Positions 18,353 through 27,563 of a DNA stretch of 64,000 bases are shown here, piece after piece. The notes under the pieces were generated by a model, which was not told the DNA's origin, searched no databases, and was given only the letters and a program-made list of their open reading frames with translations. The position numbers and the translations under genes were made by a program. Origin of the DNA: a bacterium (lineage in GTDB: Bacteria > Oederibacteriota > JAAXVQ01 > JAUVAV01); assembly GCA_021108215.1 (NCBI GenBank), contig JAIORK010000036.1:22948-86947 (forward strand). The letters are read 5' to 3'. The first letter of the stretch is position 1, and every line of letters begins with the position of its first letter.

Positions 18353-20686
18353 TTATTTAATCGGATGTTTAGAAAGAATTTGTCGTGCTAATTCTTCTCC
18401 GTCATTTGGGCCTGGAAATCCACCTCTTTCCCGTAATCGTTCTTCAAGTTGTTTTTGTCTAAGTAAAATATGTTTTTGTACATTTTTCCATTGTTCTTCT
18501 GTGAAAACCTTCGGTTTTGTTTTAATTTCTTCGTCAACCTTGTTTGCCATATGTGTATTGTTTTTTGCACGCATTACTAATTGAATAGCATAAAAATGTG
18601 CATATATATCACCAATTGCGTAATCATCAGGATTTTTAGAAATTTCGCAATATGATTCCAGGATTGAGCGTATATTTGAAATACATAAGAGTAATACATC
18701 TTGCCACCACTCTCGGGTATAAAATAAAAGGCCTATGTACACCATAGAATCACATGCAATATCAGTCCATTCTTTAAATATGCTCTTCTTTCTATCAAAA
18801 GCAACCCAGTAAAATGACAAAATCCACGTGAATTTATCAACTAATTCTTTCACATCATTTTGGTTAGATCGTAGTGGATTATCTAATATCTGACACACAA
18901 CTTTAGCAATATGCTTAATTAGCTCATTAATCTCCCAAATAAGAAAACTATCTCCAAACTCATTTTTTTCTGCAACATTGCGCAAGTGCCGTGCAATGAT
19001 GTCTGTCATGTCTATTAATTCGTAATATGGATTTGTCGCATCTCGTTCAGGATCTACTTTCGGAAATATAGTTGCAGCCATAGCGAATAAATTCCCGAGT
19101 GAAGTTTGTTCGACAAGACTATATGCCTTTGTAAACGGATGATTCATTGATAGTCTTCCTTGAAGAGTTTCACTAATTATTGCAAAGGGCGCTAAATTTC
19201 CAAGTTTTTGAAAAACTTGGCCAAGTACTTCTTTGAAGTAATAATCTTTATTCCGAAGCATATGGTCAAGGATGATAAAATACTGTTTAATAACTTCTTC
19301 TGCTAATACAGGATTGCGGTTAATATAGAAGTACTGAGCAATTTCTGATATTCCATTTATAACTGGCAAGTGAATGTCTGAGTCATCAACATCCTTCGGA
19401 GTACATTTAATAATTCCAGAAAGCATGCCGCTCGTCTGAAACGGCACCTCATCAAGCCCTTTTGTTTGGGCAATCCTCACGCATGACAACATGTAGTTAA
19501 TTGGTTTCATAGACAATGGTGCAGTGTTCGGCCGGTATTTTCTTGCTCCTAAATTTGCTGTGTGGATAGTAATTTTCTTGTATGCTTCAGAAACACTTAA
19601 AGCTGCGGATTCATCATTTTGTGATATAGCAATACGGCTAATTTCATTTAACATTTCATAGGAACAGCCTGTAACTGCTTCTACATCAGATTGGGAAGTT
19701 AACAGCAATGTATCTGGGCAGGGCAAAATTAGTAAATTTAGCTTTCTTGCAGATAAATAATACATAGTCAAATGAGCAATCGCATACACAGCCGATTTCG
19801 TTAATAGTTTCTCATTTCGAGAAATAGCTTTTACTGCGATCTCAGATAAATCATTAATCCAACTATTGATAGTTTGGGGATAGCCGAACACTTGAGGATA
19901 ATAAATCGTTTCTATATCCTCAATTACCACTCCCTGCTTTTTTTCTTCCGGGAGTAATTTATAATGAAGTCTTGCTGATCGATTAACTGTCTTTTTTATA
20001 CGATCAATTGTTCTCATTGCTTGCTTGAGAGCAAGATTTGTTGAATAAGTTGGATCTAACAGCTTGCATATATGACGATGATACAAGCGTAGCAGATCAA
20101 GACTAAATCCCAGAGTTAATATAGCAACAGCTAATTTCAAGTTTTCTGAAACTCCAGCGAATCCACCCGCAGAAAAAGCAAAGCACGCTATACACAATAT
20201 CGCAAGAGCTACAAACGATGCATTTGTAATTAAGTCTCTCCGATAAAGACGGACAATTGAAGATGACCAAGCTTCTGCTGCACGTTGTATTGGTATAATT
20301 GATAGGGTTAATACAAGTGCCAGAATTGTTCCGTACGTGGCACCAAGTTGAATGAGCATTTTATCTATTGATTGCGTTGTGTTTAATGCTGTTCGCAAAG
20401 GCGGATAACCCAGAATAAATGATGCTATTATAAGGCCAATAATACCTATCATAATCTTGCTTGTTTTCAAAAGCAACCCACGACTAAACGAAGTAATATA
20501 AAACCATAAACGAACAACTTTTATTGTCAAATACGTTTTTATTCGCGTTATTATAGTTTTCAATCCATCACGTAGCGACATAATCATTCGTTTGAAATAT
20601 TTCACTAGTTTTGGCCACCATAGTATTACGTTTGTTGACCATAAATTGCGAATTTTAAAGTATGATTTGTTTTTATTTTGGTTCAT
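18353..20686 (-). CDS. Hypothetical polytopic membrane protein of 777 aa in the AT-rich island
   Basis: The N-terminal ~230 aa contain about six predicted TM helices. The remaining ~540 aa form a helical cytoplasmic region. No recognised catalytic motif was found. Confidence 0.5.
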   Translation of the reverse strand: MNQNKNKSYFKIRNLWSTNVILWWPKLVKYFKRMIMSLRDGLKTIITRIKTYLTIKVVRLWFYITSFSRGLLLKTSKIMIGIIGLIIASFILGYPPLRTALNTTQSIDKMLIQLGATYGTILALVLTLSIIPIQRAAEAWSSSIVRLYRRDLITNASFVALAILCIACFAFSAGGFAGVSENLKLAVAILTLGFSLDLLRLYHRHICKLLDPTYSTNLALKQAMRTIDRIKKTVNRSARLHYKLLPEEKKQGVVIEDIETIYYPQVFGYPQTINSWINDLSEIAVKAISRNEKLLTKSAVYAIAHLTMYYLSARKLNLLILPCPDTLLLTSQSDVEAVTGCSYEMLNEISRIAISQNDESAALSVSEAYKKITIHTANLGARKYRPNTAPLSMKPINYMLSCVRIAQTKGLDEVPFQTSGMLSGIIKCTPKDVDDSDIHLPVINGISEIAQYFYINRNPVLAEEVIKQYFIILDHMLRNKDYYFKEVLGQVFQKLGNLAPFAIISETLQGRLSMNHPFTKAYSLVEQTSLGNLFAMAATIFPKVDPERDATNPYYELIDMTDIIARHLRNVAEKNEFGDSFLIWEINELIKHIAKVVCQILDNPLRSNQNDVKELVDKFTWILSFYWVAFDRKKSIFKEWTDIACDSMVYIGLLFYTREWWQDVLLLCISNIRSILESYCEISKNPDDYAIGDIYAHFYAIQLVMRAKNNTHMANKVDEEIKTKPKVFTEEQWKNVQKHILLRQKQLEERLRERGGFPGPNDGEELARQILSKHPIK

Positions 20687-20788
20687 ATAATCCTCTGAAT
20701 CTATTTTCCTGTCAGCGAAATATAGGGCATTATCGTCAACTTTTAGCGGAATAGCAATTCAAAATATATTACACCGTAAATAGCACCG

Positions 20789-20983
20789 TTATTTTATACA
20801 TGACTGTTTCTTTATGGCTTTTACTACCAAATCACTGATTTCTTGCATTATCTCTGGATCGTATTGGATAAAATCAAGTCTACCGCTGCTTTTATCTTGG
20901 TTTTCTTTTACTACTTCTCGATCCATACGTTCAGTTATGATTTGGAAGACCTTTATATCACCCCGTGCCGCTTGTTTGATCAT
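20789..20983 (-). CDS. Small hypothetical ORF (64 aa)
   Basis: The open frame extends upstream without an alternative start. There is no RBS, so this call is weak. Confidence 0.2.
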   Translation of the reverse strand: MIKQAARGDIKVFQIITERMDREVVKENQDKSSGRLDFIQYDPEIMQEISDLVVKAIKKQSCIK

Positions 20984-21121
20984 GGCGCCTGCAACCTTTT
21001 CCTGGCTGATACTGCCAGTCTCAAACTGTTCCTTGATAACAACATTCCAGTGACTGACTCCACACTTGGCACCGCAGGGATTTCCGCTTTGTCCCTTTCT
21101 TCTAATTAATTCTTTATAAAC

Positions 21122-21152
21122 AAAAAAGAGCCTCCCTTTCGGGAGGCTCTTA
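21122..21152 (-). terminator. Terminator of the XRE regulator gene
   Basis: On the minus strand gagcctccc-gaaa-gggaggctc is followed by a T6 run. Confidence 0.6.
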
Positions 21153-21359
21153 AAGATTCATTAGGTCCTTTAATTTAATCCCCAGCCCATGAGCTATCTT
21201 AGCTAGAGTGGTGAATTGCGGGTCCACAAGACCTTTTTCGATCTTACTTAGGTTGCCTTTGGACATGCCGTTTTCATAAGCTAGGTGTTCCAGGGTAATC
21301 CCCTTCTCCTTCCTTAGCTTATGTATCCTCATGCCCAGTTTTTCGGTTAATTGGCTCAT
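21150..21359 (-). CDS. XRE-family (Cro/C1-type) HTH transcriptional regulator
   Basis: The 69-aa product has the HTH motif (ITLEHLAYENGMSKGNLSKIEKG). Confidence 0.75.
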   Translation of the reverse strand: MSQLTEKLGMRIHKLRKEKGITLEHLAYENGMSKGNLSKIEKGLVDPQFTTLAKIAHGLGIKLKDLMNL

Positions 21360-21647
21360 AATGGAGTTGATTTTACAATATTTTAGGTTTATAGTAGTTT
21401 CTTATAAGAAACTTTTGGAGGTTAAATATGCAAATCTTAAAATCTACAATTCCTTATGTCATTGAATTTTCACCGGATGACATCAATTATTTACATTTGG
21501 CCTGTCATTATTATAAAGATTTACTGAAAAATAATAAGGACATGAAAAAAATCAAACGACGGGATAGACTTAAGCATCTAAACCAAATGATAACGCTCAT
21601 TGATTTGATGATGTGAGGATTATCAAAAAAATATTTTTATATTTGTT

Positions 21648-22214
21648 CTATTTACTCTGCATTGCTAATAGCTCCGCCTTTTTTCCCTCCATCGGGGCTG
21701 AAATATGTATTCGTGATTTTTCTTTTTTACGCTTCTGGCCTCCCTGGTTTAATTTCGAGAGGTTTTCAGATATAAATCTATCAATATTCTCTTTAGCTTC
21801 CACATGAAAGCGAGCCACTCCGTTTTTAATATCCACATCTTTACCAGCCATGTGTATCAATTGATCAAGATACATTTTTACTTTAAATGCATGATATTTA
21901 ATCAAATCAACAATTTTTACCGAAGGCTGGCGAAAACCAATTTCCAAGTGAAGCCCAAGGACGCTTGCATAATTCAATAGATCACCAACAGCGATATCTT
22001 TGTCATAAGAGGATTCGATTTTGGATATTTTCCCCTGGGAACAACCAACTTTTTTCGCCAGTTTGGTCTGCGTGAGTTGGTGTTTGCAACGCAACATGAG
22101 CAGGAATTTGGAAATCATCCGGTTTTCGATTTCATACGCTACGCTTTTCTTGAATTCCTCATCCGTTGAAAGCCCTTCCATCATTTTCATAACATTTTCA
22201 TATTTTTTCGCCAT
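21648..22214 (-). CDS. HTH-XRE domain protein, putative HigA-like antitoxin
   Basis: It has a central HTH (LTQTKLAKKVGCSQGKISKIES). Its start overlaps the stop of the upstream RelE-like gene in an ATGA arrangement. Confidence 0.55.
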   Translation of the reverse strand: MAKKYENVMKMMEGLSTDEEFKKSVAYEIENRMISKFLLMLRCKHQLTQTKLAKKVGCSQGKISKIESSYDKDIAVGDLLNYASVLGLHLEIGFRQPSVKIVDLIKYHAFKVKMYLDQLIHMAGKDVDIKNGVARFHVEAKENIDRFISENLSKLNQGGQKRKKEKSRIHISAPMEGKKAELLAMQSK

Positions 22215-22585
22215 TATTGTCCCCCCTGTTTCATACCCTTTACCTTTTTCTTGTATTCCTCAATATCCCTACTCTGGGACCTCTTATCCCCTATTCCTAA
22301 AAGCACAACCCTCTTTTCCTTTACGTCGGAATAGATATAAAGCCGTGTTTCCTGGAGCTTCTTTCTTATTCCTCCACATCTTTGGTCAATCGCTTTGATG
22401 CCCATGGGTTCCGGATAGACAAACCCCACCTGGACCAACGAAGGCGACCCACACTCACACAAAGTCCTAAAATACGTGTCCAGGTTGTTCAAAACGCACT
22501 TTAATTCATCTTTGTGCTTTTTTTGATAGTGCTTGTGGTCCCTCTCGAAGGATTGCGTCGGTTGGAGATGCCATGGTTCCATCAT
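22214..22585 (-). CDS. RelE/ParE-superfamily toxin (HigB-like gene order)
   Basis: The C-terminal signature ETRLYIYSDVKEKRVVLLGIGDKRSQSRDIEEY parallels RelE (RLVYRVDDE..V.VISVGKRERSEVY). The gene is translationally coupled to the downstream HTH gene. Confidence 0.6.
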   Translation of the reverse strand: MMEPWHLQPTQSFERDHKHYQKKHKDELKCVLNNLDTYFRTLCECGSPSLVQVGFVYPEPMGIKAIDQRCGGIRKKLQETRLYIYSDVKEKRVVLLGIGDKRSQSRDIEEYKKKVKGMKQGGQ

Positions 22586-23034
22586 CGGCTCAATCCGTAG
22601 GTATTGGTATAATTATTCCATATTGGAATATTATCTCTTTTGGTTATATTTGTCAACGCTTCCATAAAACGTTTCCCTCGAATAAGTATCTTGCGTACCC
22701 TTTATTCGTTAGACAATTTTTTCGAGAGTTTCATGCATTTATTACTATTTTTTTTATTCTTTTTACGGATTGATATTGAGGTTGTATTAAGGACTCCTAC
22801 AAGGAATATCATGGTTTTTGGATAAGATGGCTGAAATGAGATAAGGGAAATTGGCTGCTGTGCTCACAGAGTTCTCTTCGCATGAGATTCCCCGTTTGGT
22901 ATCTAAGAAAAACAGAAAAAACCAATCTTCACTACTCGGGAATCGGTTACTACGGTCGCAACATCATGTTGCTCCCTGCGTAACCCCGCCTCGACAGCTA
23001 GCCAAAGACATCTCGTTTTTCATCCCAAAAAACT

Positions 23035-23403
23035 CTATTTTCCTGCTTCCTTTTTATCCAAACCCCTCACCAGTCCGTTGATCATTTTGCAAATTTCATT
23101 AAGATTTTCGTTCAAGTCTAGACAGTTATCTGAATTTATTAATTGTTTGCGTTTACATACTTCAATAATCGGTATACATTCCTGAGCAGATCCTCTAGCA
23201 ATCCAAAAGAACTGTTTGCGTTCTTTTGGATGCCATCTACCGTTTCCTTCTGCCAAATTAGCCGATATGGATAGCGCTGCCCGATTGAGCTGATCAATAA
23301 GGTAATAGTTGCCTTTCGGAAATGTGTCGGTAAGTTTAGATGTCTTTTCTGCAACATCGACCGCTTTTTGGTAAACTTCCAATTTCTCAAACATGAAAGA
23401 CAT
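23035..23403 (-). CDS. Four-helix-bundle protein (TIGR02436 / 23S rRNA intervening-sequence protein family)
   Basis: It has the family pattern MFEKLEVYQKAVDVAEKTSKLTDTFPKG...LIDQLNRAALSISANLAEG...ARGSAQE. Confidence 0.8.
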   Translation of the reverse strand: MSFMFEKLEVYQKAVDVAEKTSKLTDTFPKGNYYLIDQLNRAALSISANLAEGNGRWHPKERKQFFWIARGSAQECIPIIEVCKRKQLINSDNCLDLNENLNEICKMINGLVRGLDKKEAGK

Positions 23404-23602
23404 AGTTCAAACCTCCTATTTGGGTCCTTTATGGTATTAGACTGAAAATAGGAAGATTTCATGCTGGGAAAATGAAAAAAATACAAAAAAAATTGTGAAC
23501 AGCAGATCAGCTGAGCAGCAGACCGCCCTGAATCACATGTGATTCAGGACTCCACCAGAAATAGAAAACCCTGCACCTTATTGGTGCAGGATTTTCTATT
23601 TC

Positions 23603-23677
23603 TGGTAGCGCTACGGGGAATCGAACCCCGGCTTGATGACTGAGAATCATCCGTCCTAGCCGCTAGACGATAGCGCC
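23603..23677 (-). tRNA. tRNA-Glu(CUC)
   Basis: The sequence GGCGCTATCGTCTAGCGGCTAGGACGGATGATTCTCAGTCATCAAGCCGGGGTTCGATTCCCCGTAGCGCTACCA folds as a cloverleaf with a TTCTCAG anticodon loop and an encoded CCA. Its D-arm matches the E. coli tRNA-Glu arm. A perfect hairpin terminator lies directly downstream. Confidence 0.85.
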
Positions 23678-24160
23678 ATGAGCGAAGCGAATAGCTCTGC
23701 TGTTCTGCTGCTCTGATTTCAATAAATATGTACAAGCCAATTCCAACAACTTAAAAATATGATCAGCGGACCAGCCGATAGCAGACCGCTGGTTCGCTTT
23801 TTCCTGCTGTTCTGCTGCTCTGATGCTCACCTGCTCTGCAATTTCGCTTTTTCGAAATTGCGAACCCCGGCTTGATGACTGAGAATCATCCGTCCTAGCC
23901 GCTAGACGATAGCGCCATGAGCGAAGCGAATAGCTCTGCTGTTCTGCTGCTCTGATTTCAATAAATATGTACAAGCCAATTCCAACAACTTAAAAATATG
24001 ATCAGCGGACCAGCCGATAGCAGACCGCTGGTTCGCTTTTTCCTGCTGTTCTGCTGCTCTGATGCTCACCTGCTCTGCAATTTCGCTTTTTCGAAATTGC
24101 GAACCCCGGCTTGATGACTGAGAATCATCCGTCGTCTTGCGCAGCAAGACAGCTCTGCTG
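23622..24160. repeat. Tandem repeat of 239-bp period (2.25 copies); copies 2 and 3 carry truncated tRNA-Glu pseudo-copies
   Basis: Units begin at 23622, 23861 and 24100 with cgaaccccggcttgatgactgagaatcatccgtcctagccgctagacgatagcgcc.... Only copy 1 retains the acceptor 3' strand. In the other copies a gcaatttcg-cttttt-cgaaattgc hairpin replaces it. Confidence 0.8.
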
Positions 24161-24252
24161 TTCTGCTGTTCTGCTGTTCTGCTGTTCTGCTGTTCTGCTG
24201 TTCTGCTGTTCCGCTGTTCTGATGCTCTGCTGTTCTGATGTTCTGCTGCTCT
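24157..24252. repeat. Octanucleotide microsatellite (GCTGTTCT)n
   Basis: There are about seven perfect and five degenerate units. The AEQQNSRT-repeat ORFs predicted here are translation artefacts. Confidence 0.8.
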
Positions 24253-24277
24253 GCCACTCTTTCTCACTACGAAAGAG

Positions 24278-24353
24278 TGGCTGCCGATCCTGGGCTCGAA
24301 CCAGGGACCCCCTGCTCCAGAGGCAGGTGCTCTACCAATTGAGCTAATCGGCA
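24278..24353 (-). tRNA. tRNA-Gln(CUG)
   Basis: The sequence TGCCGATTAGCTCAATTGGTAGAGCACCTGCCTCTGGAGCAGGGGGTCCCTGGTTCGAGCCCAGGATCGGCAGCCA has a U1:A72 pair and a G73 discriminator, as in bacterial tRNA-Gln, with a CTCTGGA anticodon loop and an encoded CCA. Confidence 0.85.
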
Positions 24354-24449
24354 ACAATTCTTCACCGCGGAGACGCTGAGCACACAGAGTAAACCAAAAA
24401 TAAATCTAAACGACTTCAAATCTCTCTGCGTTCTCTGCAATAAAAAAAT

Positions 24450-25919
24450 TTAAATATCGATCCCCGCCGTTTTCAAACCTATTTCCAAACGGCTGATCGT
24501 TTTTTCCTTACCCAAAATTTCCATCACTTCAAAAATACCGGGTGATTGCATACGTCCCGTCAGGCTAACCCGCAAAGGATGCGCTAAAATCCCGAATTTC
24601 ACCTGCTTTTCTTCAATAAAACCCTTGAGGGATTCTTCCAATCCTGAAACGGAAAAGGATTCTACCATTTTCAATTTTTCGTGTAAAGCCTTAAATAAAA
24701 CCTGATTTTCCTTCATACTCGCTAATTTTTCCCGCGCTTTTTCATCTATTTTTTCCAAATCCGGCTCCTGAAAAAAATAATCCACCTGACCGGGCAGCTC
24801 CGTAAGCAGTTTAAATTTTTCCCGCACCAATTTGACGCAGGCTGTGGCATAGGTTGTATCGTCTTTATCAGATAAAACCCCGGTATTTCGTAAAACACTC
24901 AGCGCACGTTTAATGTAAACAGCTTCATCAATACTGCGCATATACTGCCCGTTCATCCAGGTCAATTTATCCGGATCAAAGACCGCAGGATTTTTACTGA
25001 CTTTTTTCAAAGAAAATTTTTCTTCCAGTGCTTGTTTGGAAAATAGTGTGGTTTTGTCATCAAATGCCCAGCCCAAGAGCGCTAAATAATTAATCATGGT
25101 TTCCGGCAGGTAACCCTCTTTGGCATACGCACCAATTGAAGTGGCGCCGTGCCGTTTGGACAACCGCGTCTTATCCGGACCCAGAATCATGGGAACATGC
25201 GCAAATTTCGGAAGCGGTTCATTGAGCGCCTTGTACACCGCAATCTGACGGGGTGTATTGGAAAGATGATCGTCACCGCGGATCACATGCGTAATTTTCA
25301 TGGTCACATCATCCACTACAACAGCAAAATTATAGGTCGGCAGACCATTGGTCCTAAACAGGACAAAATCATCCAGTACTTTATTTTCAAAAACAACTTT
25401 TTCCCGAACAGCATCCCCGATAATCGTCTCGCCCTCGGTCGGCATTTTCATGCGAATGGTATGCGGTTCTCCGGCAGCAACACGGGCTTTGGCCTCTGTT
25501 GACGGGATGTGACGACAAGCTCCGTTGTATTTGGGATCTTCATTTTTTTCCAATGCTTGCTTGCGCATACTGTCCAGGCTTTCTGCTGAACAAAAACAAT
25601 AATAGGCATCTCCCGAGTCAAGCAGCTGATTCACTTTCTCCCGATAGATATCCAACCGCTCTGTCTGACGGTAGGGTCCAAAATCACCGCCCACACCCGG
25701 CCCTTCATCCCAATTGAGGCCGAGCCATTTCATATCTTCAAGGATCATCTGCACAGATTCCTCGGTGCTGCGCTCAACATCGGTATCTTCCAGGCGAAGC
25801 ACAAAGGTCCCCCCCTGACGGCGTGCATAGAGATAATTAAAGAGTGCGGTGCGTGCGCCGCCAATATGCAGATGACCGGTCGGCGAGGGTGCAAAGCGGA
25901 CGCGAATGGTTCCAGACAT
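24450..25919 (-). CDS. gltX: Glutamate--tRNA ligase
   Basis: HIGH (PSPTGHLHIGG) and KMSKS-like (LSKRHG) motifs are present. The start was set at MSGTIRV, which has a GGAGG RBS 6 nt upstream. Confidence 0.9.
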   Translation of the reverse strand: MSGTIRVRFAPSPTGHLHIGGARTALFNYLYARRQGGTFVLRLEDTDVERSTEESVQMILEDMKWLGLNWDEGPGVGGDFGPYRQTERLDIYREKVNQLLDSGDAYYCFCSAESLDSMRKQALEKNEDPKYNGACRHIPSTEAKARVAAGEPHTIRMKMPTEGETIIGDAVREKVVFENKVLDDFVLFRTNGLPTYNFAVVVDDVTMKITHVIRGDDHLSNTPRQIAVYKALNEPLPKFAHVPMILGPDKTRLSKRHGATSIGAYAKEGYLPETMINYLALLGWAFDDKTTLFSKQALEEKFSLKKVSKNPAVFDPDKLTWMNGQYMRSIDEAVYIKRALSVLRNTGVLSDKDDTTYATACVKLVREKFKLLTELPGQVDYFFQEPDLEKIDEKAREKLASMKENQVLFKALHEKLKMVESFSVSGLEESLKGFIEEKQVKFGILAHPLRVSLTGRMQSPGIFEVMEILGKEKTISRLEIGLKTAGIDI

Positions 25920-26139
25920 AGTACCTCCAGGCATTTTTGTGCAACAAAAATGCAGAGCATTTGAGAGAAGAAAACAGAAAACAGTTCAACACACTCAAAT
26001 GTGGTCTATTCTCAACTTTCTATTGCTCTGCGTACGTTTTATAATAACAAAACCCGAAAAAAGGTTTCCAGTTTCACCCTTTCTCGGGTTTTCAATGTCA
26101 CTTTTGAATAATATCCGTTGCCATACAAAAAAATCTATG

Positions 26140-26520
26140 TCAACGCTTCTTGGCAGGGTCGTACTTGGTCTCCGGCTCAAATTTTTCAAATCCCATATCA
26201 CAATTGCCCTTAAAAATAACGCCCTCGGCAATGGCCAGACGGGGAGTATGAATATCACCCTGGAGCTGACCGGCCGGCATGATTTCCAAGCGCTTGGCAG
26301 CCGAAACATTGCCGGTTATTTTTCCGGAAAGTAAAACCGTCTTGGCGGTAATATTTCCCTTGATCAAACCTTTCTCGCCCACAATGACGCCCTCTTCGCT
26401 GCTGACATTTCCCTCAACCTTGCCGTCAATGCGAACTGTACCTTTGGCATTAATCTGCCCTTTAAACTCTGAACCGGCGCCCAAAATAGTATCAACGCCT
26501 CTGCTTTTTTCTTCTGCCAT
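26140..26520 (-). CDS. Bactofilin (polymer-forming cytoskeletal protein)
   Basis: The 126-aa product has the DUF583 beta-helix repeats (GTVRIDGKVEGNV...GKITGNV). Confidence 0.8.
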   Translation of the reverse strand: MAEEKSRGVDTILGAGSEFKGQINAKGTVRIDGKVEGNVSSEEGVIVGEKGLIKGNITAKTVLLSGKITGNVSAAKRLEIMPAGQLQGDIHTPRLAIAEGVIFKGNCDMGFEKFEPETKYDPAKKR

Positions 26521-26541
26521 GTCGTTTATCTCCGATAGGTA

Positions 26542-27444
26542 TTATTGTTTTATATATTTTAGGGGATCAACCGGAATGCCATTGACGCGAATTTCATAGT
26601 GAAGATGAGCTGCCGTAGAACGGCCGGTATTTCCGACAAATCCAATCACCTGGCCGCGCCGGACACGCTGCCCGATATTCACCAATTGGCGCTGAAGATG
26701 CGCATAACGGGTGGAAAAACCATATCCATGATCAACCACGATCAGTTTACCATAGCCGCCTTCCCATCCCACATACGTTACCACACCGTCAGCCGGCGCT
26801 TTGATCGAGGTTCCTGCCTCATTGGCAATATCCAGACCGTGGTGCATGGTCGTACCTTCAAAAAACGGTGAATTGCGCATTCCGAAACGGGAGGTGATCC
26901 AGCCCCGAATCGGCCAGTCTGTGGGTTTTGAAGCCAGCAAGGACCGCTGGGTCGCTATATATTTTTTTAATTCCTGATAACTTTGCATTCTTTCACGCGC
27001 ATTTTGTTTAAGAAATGTAAGGGATTTTGCAAATTCATTGGGCGTCAGGGTTGATTTGCTGTTCAAGGCCTTCATAAGATTAACCTGGTCCACCGGTGAA
27101 GGCCCCCCCTCGCCGGTATATTTAAGCAGATTTTTTTTATTCTTCATTTTTAACATAGCGCGTAATTCATCTTCGATTTTAACCACACGCTGAAAAGCTT
27201 CATGTGTACTGGCCAATTCCTGTATAAAATAAGCATTTTTTTCAACCAATTGGATATTGGCCCGGCGTGTCAATTCATAACCCACATGGCGGGTCATGAT
27301 GAAAGAAGAGACGCCTACCGTGGTCAGCCCCAAAAACCCAACCAGCAAGAGAATTGCCGTTGATATTTTAAACGAAAATATTTTCCGCTCATCATGGGGG
27401 ATCAACATCAGTGTTACAAAGTTGTCTTTTTTCTTTTTTGCCAT
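26542..27444 (-). CDS. M23 family metallopeptidase with an N-terminal TM anchor
   Basis: LytM motifs are present (HHGLDIA ... GNTGRSTAAHLHYEIRVNG). Confidence 0.8.
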   Translation of the reverse strand: MAKKKKDNFVTLMLIPHDERKIFSFKISTAILLLVGFLGLTTVGVSSFIMTRHVGYELTRRANIQLVEKNAYFIQELASTHEAFQRVVKIEDELRAMLKMKNKKNLLKYTGEGGPSPVDQVNLMKALNSKSTLTPNEFAKSLTFLKQNARERMQSYQELKKYIATQRSLLASKPTDWPIRGWITSRFGMRNSPFFEGTTMHHGLDIANEAGTSIKAPADGVVTYVGWEGGYGKLIVVDHGYGFSTRYAHLQRQLVNIGQRVRRGQVIGFVGNTGRSTAAHLHYEIRVNGIPVDPLKYIKQ

Positions 27445-27563
27445 AAGTAGTCACCTATTATAGTAACGGTCGTTAGCGCTAATCTTTAATATACCAATTT
27501 TAAAAAAAGCTGTCAATTATTTTGTTAGGATTGAGGTCTCTTACAAAATACACGAAAAAACGG

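Noticed and set aside
22840-23034. GC-richer, palindrome-containing stretch (gcaacatcatgttgc) upstream of the four-helix-bundle gene, considered as an rRNA or intron fragment
   Set aside because: I recognise no specific rRNA or group II intron motif in it. It was left uncalled.
17529-23614. Integrase or recombinase gene in the island
   Set aside because: None of the island ORFs shows tyrosine- or serine-recombinase motifs. The island is therefore described as decayed and non-mobile.
23622-24160. Possible CRISPR array
   Set aside because: The repeat period is 239 bp and the units contain tRNA fragments. There is no short-repeat/variable-spacer structure and no cas genes.
23544-24357. ORFs of 63-151 aa on the minus strand with AEQQNSRT repeats
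   Set aside because: They are translations of the GCTGTTCT microsatellite, the tandem repeats and the two tRNA genes, so they are not protein-coding.
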